A stretch of 64,000 nt of DNA. It comes from Bacteroidales bacterium. GTDB lineage: Bacteria > Bacteroidota > Bacteroidia > Bacteroidales > WCHB1-69. Below are positions 7,923-15,675 of this stretch, piece by piece. The position numbers were made by a program, and so were the translations under genes. Each line of letters begins with the position of its first letter. The first letter of the stretch is position 1. Where the stretch lies: positions 1,394 through 65,393 of the forward strand of contig DAONEU010000001.1 in the NCBI GenBank assembly GCA_035403245.1. Direction: 5' to 3'. The notes under the pieces were generated by a model. It was not told where the DNA came from. It saw only the letters and a program-made list of their open reading frames with translations, and did no database searches.

Positions 7923-9747
7923 CGCACTCCTTACAATCAAAATCCAATTGTAATTTTATCTTTTGATGCTCTAAAATCAAAGGCTCCTTGAATTTTATAT
8001 CATGCTGATGATCAGGCTGTTTTGGACAAAATCCTAAACTATATTTGATACAATGTTTACACTGCATTAAGATCACATTTTCAGATGGTTCATTCTTTTC
8101 AAAAGCATCATCAATTTCCTTAACCCCTAAGTCAAAATATATTTTTTTAGCTGAATTATTCATTACATTGGATAAATAATTCAGATGTTCATTTAAAACA
8201 ATCGGATGATTGGTTTTAGTTAACCTTTTTGGAGAAGATTGTTTTGAAATTTCAATCCATTTTTGATCCAGTAGTTCAACAACTTCCCTTCTGATCCCTG
8301 TAGCCAGAGATGAGGGAATAAAGTAATTCTGCGTCATATCCACAACAACAGATTCAGCAGAATAGATGGTATTGCCCAATTTTTCTAAAATAGAAATGAT
8401 CTGTTCTTTACTCTCTGTTGATTGTCGGGATATGGTTTTTTCAATGTTCAAAACCTTTGATACAGCGCAACCTCTTTCATCTTCAGCAAACAGTTCAAAC
8501 CCTGATTCCACCTCTTTCCATATCAATGAAACTCCTATCTTCCTTTCTGGACTTTTCTTTTCCAACAGTTTTTCAAAAGTCTGATTAAAATTACGATATA
8601 AAACAGTTCCTTTTTCGATTTCAGGAAAGGATGCGGGAAAGATCTTATTTTCTTCTACTCTGTTGATTCTGAAACCATCAACAAAACCTTCTTGATTTAT
8701 AAAAATCACCCCATCCCCATTCGCAAGAGGAGACCCTTCAAAGCATAAATAATCTCTTTTTATATCAGTAATAATTCCCACTTTTTCACCAATTGATTTG
8801 GGCGTATTCACTTCTGACATAACAGATTCTCTTCCATTCAGAAAGTAAGTTGTTTTATCACGATGAAATGTTTTTTCGGGTTGTGGATCAAAGAATAGTG
8901 TTGTTTTCCCGTAAGAACTTGATCTATACTCAGAATCATTTACGAACAGAGCATCCAGTTTTTTCCTGTAGTAACCAGTGATATTTTTGACATAGGAAAG
9001 GTCTTTCAAACGTCCCTCAATTTTTAAAGAAGTGACGCCAGATTCTAAAATCTCTTTAAGGTAGCTTGAGCGATCCATGTCTTTTAAAGAGAGCAAAAAT
9101 TGATCTTCTCTGATTTTAGTTCCAAATTGATCTTTTAATGTGTAAGGTAATCTACACAATTGGGCGCAAGCACCTTTGTTGGCACTTCTTCCGGTAAAAG
9201 CCTGACTAACATAGCATTGACCGCTATAACTCACACAAAGAGCTCCATGAATAAAAGCTTCCAGTTCGATCTTGCTTTTTGAATGAATCTTTTGAATTTC
9301 AGAAAGGGATAATTCTCTGGCCAAAACAACACGATCAAAGCCTAAGTTCTCTAAAAGATGGATCTTTTCGATTGTACGATTATCCAATTGTGTACTGGCA
9401 TGTAACTCAATAGGAGGAAGGTCAAGTGTTAATAATCCAAGATCTTGAATGATCAATGCATCAATACCAATTTCATATAGGCTTTTAATCAAACGATTCG
9501 CTTCTTTAAGTTCGGAATCTGTTAAAATAGTATTTAATGCAACATGAACTTTTGCTCCATAAAGATGGGCATACCGGGTCAACGTTTCGATCTCTTCGAG
9601 CGTATTGGACGCCGCCATTCGGGCTCCAAACTTAGGCGCACCAATATAAACGGCATCTGCTCCGTGGTTGATGGCTTCAATACCAAACAAACCGGTCTTG
9701 GCTGGTGCTAACAATTCTATCTTTTTCAGAGGCTCTTTCATCTTCAT
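7888..9747 (-). CDS. U32-family protein (long form with C-terminal extension), predicted 4Fe-4S enzyme
   Basis: 'IELLAPAKTGLFGIEAINHGADAVYIG' and 'LKIEGRLK'. Cys motif 'CVSYSGQC-x15-CAQLC' (C-x6-C-x15-C-x3-C). Start trimmed to ATG 9747 or 9741 because promoter boxes at 9753-9760 and 9793-9800 lie in the listed extension. The 3' end overlaps the convergent CNNM gene by 35 nt. Confidence 0.8.
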   Translation of the reverse strand: MKMKEPLKKIELLAPAKTGLFGIEAINHGADAVYIGAPKFGARMAASNTLEEIETLTRYAHLYGAKVHVALNTILTDSELKEANRLIKSLYEIGIDALIIQDLGLLTLDLPPIELHASTQLDNRTIEKIHLLENLGFDRVVLARELSLSEIQKIHSKSKIELEAFIHGALCVSYSGQCYVSQAFTGRSANKGACAQLCRLPYTLKDQFGTKIREDQFLLSLKDMDRSSYLKEILESGVTSLKIEGRLKDLSYVKNITGYYRKKLDALFVNDSEYRSSSYGKTTLFFDPQPEKTFHRDKTTYFLNGRESVMSEVNTPKSIGEKVGIITDIKRDYLCFEGSPLANGDGVIFINQEGFVDGFRINRVEENKIFPASFPEIEKGTVLYRNFNQTFEKLLEKKSPERKIGVSLIWKEVESGFELFAEDERGCAVSKVLNIEKTISRQSTESKEQIISILEKLGNTIYSAESVVVDMTQNYFIPSSLATGIRREVVELLDQKWIEISKQSSPKRLTKTNHPIVLNEHLNYLSNVMNNSAKKIYFDLGVKEIDDAFEKNEPSENVILMQCKHCIKYSLGFCPKQPDHQHDIKFKEPLILEHQKIKLQLDFDCKECVMLVSHFDQKR

Positions 9748-9752
9748 AAATG

Positions 9753-9760
9753 CAAAAGTA
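9753..9760 (-). promoter_or_regulatory. -7 box (TACTTTTG) for the U32 gene, only 5 nt from its ATG
   Basis: Exact TAnnTTTG on the minus strand. ATG at 9747 implies a leaderless or near-leaderless mRNA. Confidence 0.4.
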
Positions 9761-9792
9761 GCGAACTTTTTTGACTTTTCCTTTTTTTTTCG

Positions 9793-9800
9793 TATATTTG
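9793..9800 (+). promoter_or_regulatory. -7 box (TATATTTG) for the antiporter gene
   Basis: Exact match, 24 nt upstream of ATG 9825. Confidence 0.5.
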
Positions 9801-9824
9801 CATCATTCTCAAAAATCATAAAAC

Positions 9825-12071
9825 ATGCATATTCCTCCCATCTTTTCTGATTTAGCTCTCATTTTAATTGTAGCAAGTATTACAACGCTGATTTTCAAAT
9901 GGTTGAAACAGCCGGTTGTTTTGGGCTATATTATTGCCGGAATCATAACAGGACCTCATACCCATTTTTTTGTTACCGTTCAAAATATTAGTAGTATTGA
10001 GACCTGGGGTCAAATAGGGGTAACCTTTTTGCTTTTTGAATTAGGATTGGAATTTAGTTTCAAGAAAATGAGGAAAGTGGGTAAAATTGGGGGAATAACA
10101 GCCATTACTGAACTAATAGTGATGTTTTCAGTTGGATTTCTTGCGGGTTATTTTATGGGATGGACCACTATGAACTCCATTTTCCTAGGTGGAATGTTAA
10201 CCATCTCCTCCACAAGTATTATCATCAAAGCTTTTGATGACTTAGGTGTTAAAAAACAAAAGTTCACCGGAGTCGTTTTTGGAGTGCTTGTTGTAGAAGA
10301 CCTGATTGCAGTTCTTCAACTTGTTTTACTCTCAACCATTGCAGTATCCCGCTCCTTTGACGGTATACAATTGGGCTTAAGTATCTCAAAAATGGTCATT
10401 TTTATTGTTTTTTGGTTTATTGTAGGAATCTATTTAATTCCCAGTTTTTTCAGAGTAGCTAAAAGAATGTTAGGAGATGAAACACTTTTGATCATTGCTA
10501 TTGGATTGTGTTTTGGTATGGTTTTTTTAGCCGATAAAATGGGCCTTTCCTCTGCTTTAGGGGCTTTCTTAATGGGATCCATATTGGCGGAAACCATTGA
10601 ATCGGACAAAATCATCAAACTTATCAATCCTTTAAAGTTTCTTTTTGGAGCAGTCTTTTTTGTATCAGTAGGGATGTTGGTAGATTTTAAAATTGTAACA
10701 ACCAACTATTTGCCCATCTTATTCATCACATTTTTAATCTTGTTTGTCAAAACTTTTAGTGCCGGAATTGGAGTTCTAATTTCGGGACAACCTTTAAAAA
10801 TAGCCGTTCAAACAGGGATGAGTTTATCTCAAATCGGAGAGTTTTCCTTTATTATTGCTTCTCTGGGATTATCCTTAAAAGTGATAGATCCGGTTCTATA
10901 CCCTATCATCGTTGCAGTCTCTGTAATAACTACATTTACAACGCCTTACTTTATTCGTTTTGCTGATCCACTATACAATTTTTTGAACCGTAAGCTACCT
11001 CCCGAATGGAAACGAGCGATCGAACAAATTGCAACCTCTGCTAATCAAACAGAGGATCAAAATATTAAGAGAAAGTATTATAAAAGGTATATTTTAAGAA
11101 CTTCAGTTTATGTAATTTTAATCACAGCGATTATCTTGATTTCATTTCTTCTATTTGATCCATTTTTAAAAAATCTATTACCAAAAATGGCTGCCAATAT
11201 CATTGGGTTCTCTGTTACTTTTATTGCGATAGCTCCCATATTAGGGGCTTTGATTATGAACAAGATGGCCTCCAAAATGGACTTTAACCGAATTTGGAGA
11301 AAAAATAAAATTAAAAGACATATTTTAGTAATACTCATTCTCATCAGAATCTTGATTATCATTTTTGTTTTAATTGTTTTAATCAATCATTATTTTAATC
11401 TTACAATAGCTGTTTCTATAGCAGTTCTTATTGGGTTATCTTTGTTTTATATTGCCTCCCAACAAAACATGAGAAACTTTATGCAAATGGAAGAACGATT
11501 CTTACATAATTTGAATGGAAGATCTTCCATACCTGAGTTAAAAATTCCACACGATTTAACAGGGGATATTCACATTGAACTGTTTGAGATATCCAATTAT
11601 TCAGAATGTATTGGGAAAAATCTGGTAGATTTAAATTTAAGACATCGTTATGGAATTAATATTATCAGCATCATGCGGGGTACTTGTAGAATTGATCTTC
11701 CTAAAAGGGATGAGGTTTTATATCCACATGATAAGATTTTAGTAGTGGGAAATGATGAACAGATGAAAAAAGTTAAAGATCTCTTTGAAAAAGATGAAAC
11801 TCAAATGGAATCATGTCCCGTTCATGAAACGATGGATATATATCAGATTCAATTGCATCCAGAATCACCATTTATACACAAAGCACTCACTGAATGTAAG
11901 TTTACAGAAATACATCAGTGTCTGGTTATCGGTTATAAAAGAGCGGGCGTTTTTGTAGAAAACCCACCTTCTGATACGGTGTTTGAATCTAATGACATAC
12001 TTTGGGTTGTTGGAGAGAAGAGTGCTGTGGACGAATTAGTGTCAATGCGATGTGATATGAAAAAGTTGTAA
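9825..12071 (+). CDS. CPA2-family cation:proton antiporter with two C-terminal RCK_C/TrkA-C-like domains
   Basis: About 12 TM segments of Na+/H+ exchanger type ('LGYIIAGIITGP', 'GLEFS'). An extra TM block precedes the cytosolic C-terminus 'ILVVGNDEQM' / 'ILWVVGEKSAV'. Confidence 0.82.
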   Translation: MHIPPIFSDLALILIVASITTLIFKWLKQPVVLGYIIAGIITGPHTHFFVTVQNISSIETWGQIGVTFLLFELGLEFSFKKMRKVGKIGGITAITELIVMFSVGFLAGYFMGWTTMNSIFLGGMLTISSTSIIIKAFDDLGVKKQKFTGVVFGVLVVEDLIAVLQLVLLSTIAVSRSFDGIQLGLSISKMVIFIVFWFIVGIYLIPSFFRVAKRMLGDETLLIIAIGLCFGMVFLADKMGLSSALGAFLMGSILAETIESDKIIKLINPLKFLFGAVFFVSVGMLVDFKIVTTNYLPILFITFLILFVKTFSAGIGVLISGQPLKIAVQTGMSLSQIGEFSFIIASLGLSLKVIDPVLYPIIVAVSVITTFTTPYFIRFADPLYNFLNRKLPPEWKRAIEQIATSANQTEDQNIKRKYYKRYILRTSVYVILITAIILISFLLFDPFLKNLLPKMAANIIGFSVTFIAIAPILGALIMNKMASKMDFNRIWRKNKIKRHILVILILIRILIIIFVLIVLINHYFNLTIAVSIAVLIGLSLFYIASQQNMRNFMQMEERFLHNLNGRSSIPELKIPHDLTGDIHIELFEISNYSECIGKNLVDLNLRHRYGINIISIMRGTCRIDLPKRDEVLYPHDKILVVGNDEQMKKVKDLFEKDETQMESCPVHETMDIYQIQLHPESPFIHKALTECKFTEIHQCLVIGYKRAGVFVENPPSDTVFESNDILWVVGEKSAVDELVSMRCDMKKL

Positions 12072-12098
12072 TTTTGTTCAATAAAAATATTTCTAACT

Positions 12099-12506
12099 AT
12101 GAAAAAATTTGCTGTTGTTTTATGTGGATGTGGTTCTCTGGATGGATCCGAAATACATGAATCCGTTATGACTCTTCTTGCTATTGATAAATCAGGATCA
12201 TCTTATACGGTTTTTGCCCCTAATGATAATCAATATCAAGTGATTAATCACATCACTAAACAACCGGTTAATCAAACCAGAAATATGATGGAGGAGGCTT
12301 CCAGGATATCCAGAGGCAAAATACCTCAAGTGATCCAACATGTTGAAGCTTTTGGTGCCATACATCGGGTTACAAATGAAACCGAAGTGATCTCAGATAT
12401 TGAAAATTTAGTTTTTACTTCCCCATGCTATATGTTACAAGCTTCTATTAAAGAGATTGCTGAAAGTGCTGATCAACTGATACAAGTAATTTTAAAACAT
12501 ATATAA
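12099..12506 (+). pseudogene. ElbB/DJ-1-PfpI-family homologue with an in-frame internal deletion of the catalytic core
   Basis: The N-terminus 'MKKFAVVLCGCGSLDGSEIHESVMTLLAI' and C-terminus 'VFTSPCYMLQASIKEIAESADQLIQ' match both ends of ElbB as I recall it (~217 aa). The middle ~80 aa, including the 'PGGFG' and nucleophile-Cys regions, is absent (135 aa total). Confidence 0.55.
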
Positions 12507-12507
12507 C

Positions 12508-13026
12508 GTGTATACTCGAATCATTTTAGTAGGATTTCCAGGCTCAGGAAAGTCAACAATCGCCAAAAAAATTGCGAATAGACTTCATTATCAATTCGTT
12601 GATATGGATCATCTTTTTGAATCCAAATACAAACTGAGCATTCCAGATTTTTTTAAAAAATATGGAGAAGAGGTATTTCGAAAATCTGAGCACGTTTTAT
12701 TAAAAGAAGTTATTCAACAAGAAAAAGTAGTGATCTCTACCGGAGGTGGCACCCCTTGTTTCCATGGAAATATGGAACTCATTATGGAGAACGGTTTTTC
12801 AATTTACATAAAAATGGCTCCTGCCTCCCTTTTGGACAGGTTGGTTAACTCAAAAAGAATCAGACCGTTAGTGCACAATAAAACTCCGGAACAAATAAAA
12901 CAATTTATTGAAGAGAAGCTTCCAATTCGGGAACAATTTTACCAGCAAGCTGATATGGTCATTAAAGGAGAGAGTTTAGATTTTGAGCATCTTATGTCTC
13001 TAATTACTAAAAGAAAGTTAGATTAA
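12508..13026 (+). CDS. aroK: shikimate kinase
   Basis: GTG start. P-loop 'GFPGSGKST', 'FVDMD', 'ISTGGG'. 172 aa. Confidence 0.85.
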   Translation: MYTRIILVGFPGSGKSTIAKKIANRLHYQFVDMDHLFESKYKLSIPDFFKKYGEEVFRKSEHVLLKEVIQQEKVVISTGGGTPCFHGNMELIMENGFSIYIKMAPASLLDRLVNSKRIRPLVHNKTPEQIKQFIEEKLPIREQFYQQADMVIKGESLDFEHLMSLITKRKLD

Positions 13027-13055
13027 AGCAGCAAAATTGATAACATATTTTTTTG

Positions 13056-13063
13056 TACTTTTG
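13056..13063 (+). promoter_or_regulatory. -7 box (TACTTTTG) for the SpoIIE-family gene
   Basis: Exact match, 19 nt upstream of ATG 13083. Confidence 0.5.
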
Positions 13064-13082
13064 AGCAACAAAACAAAGAGCT

Positions 13083-14270
13083 ATGGATGACAATTATCAC
13101 GTTGAGGTAGGAAATTATCAAACTTTTCACGATGGGGAAAGGATTTGTGGAGATGTCTTTATCTCTAAGCGGATTCCTGAAGAAAACAGAGTATTGGCAG
13201 TATTATCAGATGGTATGGGATCCGGTGTAAAAGCTAACGTTTTAGCTACTCTGACAGCCACCATTGCTTTAAATCTTTCCCAGGAGCACAAAAAAGCGAA
13301 AACCATTGCTGAAATCATCATGAAAGCCCTTCCGGTTTGTAGTGAAAGGAATATCAGTTATGCCACATATACCATAGTCGATATTTCAGTTGATACGAAT
13401 GAAGTCAGTATTCTCGAATATGATAATCCTCAAACAATTATCATGAGAGGGAATCGTGTTTTTGAACCCAATTGGGATCAAATTGACGTGGATGCAGGTT
13501 CTGATAAACGGTTGCTCGATTTAAAAGTAGCTACTTTTGAGCCCCAACTTGAAGATAGAGTTATCTTTTGTTCTGATGGAATCACACAATCCGGACTTGG
13601 TATGGGATTAGTTGGAGGATGGGGAAGAAATAACCTCAGAGAAGAGGTAAAACTCCTGATTTCAAATAGCAGAACAATTTCTGCCACAGAACTAGCTGAA
13701 AAAATTGTAAAAAAGGCTGCCTCTAACGATCTTCATGTTCCTAAAGATGACTTAACTTGTGCCGTTGTATATTTCAGAGAACCCAGAAGAACTATGATCT
13801 GTACCGGACCTCCTGTTCAACCGGAAAAAGATCCACAATTTGCTGAAAAGTTGAGGGGATTTGCGGGTAAAAAAATTATTAGTGGAGCTACAACTACTGA
13901 GATTATCTCCAGAGAACTAAGGAGAACCGTAGTGGATGAGCCTATTGTGGATCATACACTTCCACCTACATCCAAAATGGAAGGCATAGATTTAATTACC
14001 GAAGGTGTTCTTACTTTGAGTAAAGTGGTTTACCTTTTGGCGAATGTGATTAATTCTAATTATCAATTTGGTAAGGGCCCCGCTGATCGGGTATGTGAGT
14101 TGTTATTAGGAAGTGACGAAATCCATATATTAGTTGGAACTAAAATCAATGAACATAACATCGACTTGACCCAACCTGTTGAATTTGAAATTCGTAAAAA
14201 TCTAATTCAAAGATTAGCTAAAATATTAATGGATAAATATTTAAAGGTTGTTTACATGGAATTCATGTAA
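13083..14270 (+). CDS. SpoIIE/PP2C-family serine phosphatase with an uncharacterised ~160-aa C-terminal domain
   Basis: 'GERICGDVF', 'AVLSDGMGSGVKANVLATL', 'FCSDGITQSG' and 'DDLTCAVVYF' are PP2C/SpoIIE metal-site motifs. Confidence 0.75.
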   Translation: MDDNYHVEVGNYQTFHDGERICGDVFISKRIPEENRVLAVLSDGMGSGVKANVLATLTATIALNLSQEHKKAKTIAEIIMKALPVCSERNISYATYTIVDISVDTNEVSILEYDNPQTIIMRGNRVFEPNWDQIDVDAGSDKRLLDLKVATFEPQLEDRVIFCSDGITQSGLGMGLVGGWGRNNLREEVKLLISNSRTISATELAEKIVKKAASNDLHVPKDDLTCAVVYFREPRRTMICTGPPVQPEKDPQFAEKLRGFAGKKIISGATTTEIISRELRRTVVDEPIVDHTLPPTSKMEGIDLITEGVLTLSKVVYLLANVINSNYQFGKGPADRVCELLLGSDEIHILVGTKINEHNIDLTQPVEFEIRKNLIQRLAKILMDKYLKVVYMEFM

Positions 14271-14278
14271 TTAAGCAC

Positions 14279-15670
14279 TTATTTTCCTACAATTGCTTCT
14301 AACTCCTGGATTGATTTTGGGATTGGTTTTCCTAGAACAACATGTCCTGTTTCAGTGATTAACACATCATCTTCGATCCGGATCCCTCCAAAGTTGCGGT
14401 ATTCCTCCACTTTATCGTAGTTTATAAATTCTGTGAATTTATTTTCATTTTTCCATAGATCTATTAAATGAGGAATAAAGTAAATTCCGGGTTCAACAGT
14501 CATCACATGACCGGGTTTAAGTGTCTTAGCCATACGAAGATACGCCCAACCAAAAATGGTACTACGTTCAACAGTTTCATCGTAACCTACATATTTTTCC
14601 CCTAAATCTTCCATATCATGAACATCAAGACCCATTTGGTGGCCGAGTCCATGTGGCATAAATAAAGCATGTGCACCCAATTCAACAGACTTTTGAACAT
14701 CTCCTTTCATAAGGCCTAACTTTTGAAGTCCTTCAGTGATGATGGTTACCGCTAATTGATGAACCTCTTTGTATCGAATTCCGGGTTTGCAAGCAGCAAT
14801 TCCTTGCATATTTGCTTGATAAACAATGTTGTATATGTCAGCTTGTTTTGGAGTAAATTTTCCGGAAACAGGAATTGCTCTGGTATTGTCAGAACAATAA
14901 TTCATTTTATTTTCGGCACCCATATCAACAAGTAAAATTTTTCCCTCTTCCAAGATTTGATTATGGTTGTGATTATGTAAAGTTTCCCCATGCTGAGATA
15001 AAATTACAGGGAATGAAACGCCATTACCTTTGCTTAAAGCGATTCCTTCAACCATACCGGCCAAATCAGATTCTTTAGCACCCACTTTACAGTGTCTCAT
15101 GGCTGTTGTAAACATTTCATAACCAATGGCACAACCATCTTCAATCTCAGTAATCTCTTCCTGAGATTTAATCTCTCTAAGAGAAACAATAGCTTTTATC
15201 AATTCGACAGAAACATTCGTATTTAAATCAGAGATGGGAATTCCGGTTAATTGGGATAATACTATTTTCTTTTCACCTCTGTAAGGAGCTGTAAAATGAA
15301 GCTTTCCGGAACTGTTTTGTTGGATAAATTTTGATAGGTCAGCCATAGGTAATACTTCAGTAATACCGACTAGTTCTCCTAACTCTTTAACCTTTGGTTG
15401 ATCACCCATCCAAATGATATCATCAATTTCAAAATCATCTCCAAAAAGAATTGTTTTTTTATGATCGAAATCTATGATAGCGCCCATATTGGGTAATGAT
15501 AAGCCAAAAAAGTAAAGAAAAGTGCTGTCTTGTCTGTATTTATAAGTATTTGAAGGATAATTCATAGAGGCTTCATCATTGCCTAAAAACAAAGCATACC
15601 CTGAAGTCATGATTTGCATTAAATTTTCTCTTCTTTTTTGGTAAACTGATGCTGAAAATAGAGGATTCAT
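14279..15670 (-). CDS. pepP: Xaa-Pro aminopeptidase (M24B)
   Basis: 'LLVDMGAE', 'HGLGHQMGLDVHD', 'VEPGIYF' and 'GGIRIEDDVLIT' metal-ligand motifs of the M24B family. Confidence 0.85.
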   Translation of the reverse strand: MNPLFSASVYQKRRENLMQIMTSGYALFLGNDEASMNYPSNTYKYRQDSTFLYFFGLSLPNMGAIIDFDHKKTILFGDDFEIDDIIWMGDQPKVKELGELVGITEVLPMADLSKFIQQNSSGKLHFTAPYRGEKKIVLSQLTGIPISDLNTNVSVELIKAIVSLREIKSQEEITEIEDGCAIGYEMFTTAMRHCKVGAKESDLAGMVEGIALSKGNGVSFPVILSQHGETLHNHNHNQILEEGKILLVDMGAENKMNYCSDNTRAIPVSGKFTPKQADIYNIVYQANMQGIAACKPGIRYKEVHQLAVTIITEGLQKLGLMKGDVQKSVELGAHALFMPHGLGHQMGLDVHDMEDLGEKYVGYDETVERSTIFGWAYLRMAKTLKPGHVMTVEPGIYFIPHLIDLWKNENKFTEFINYDKVEEYRNFGGIRIEDDVLITETGHVVLGKPIPKSIQELEAIVGK

Positions 15671-15675
15671 ACTTA

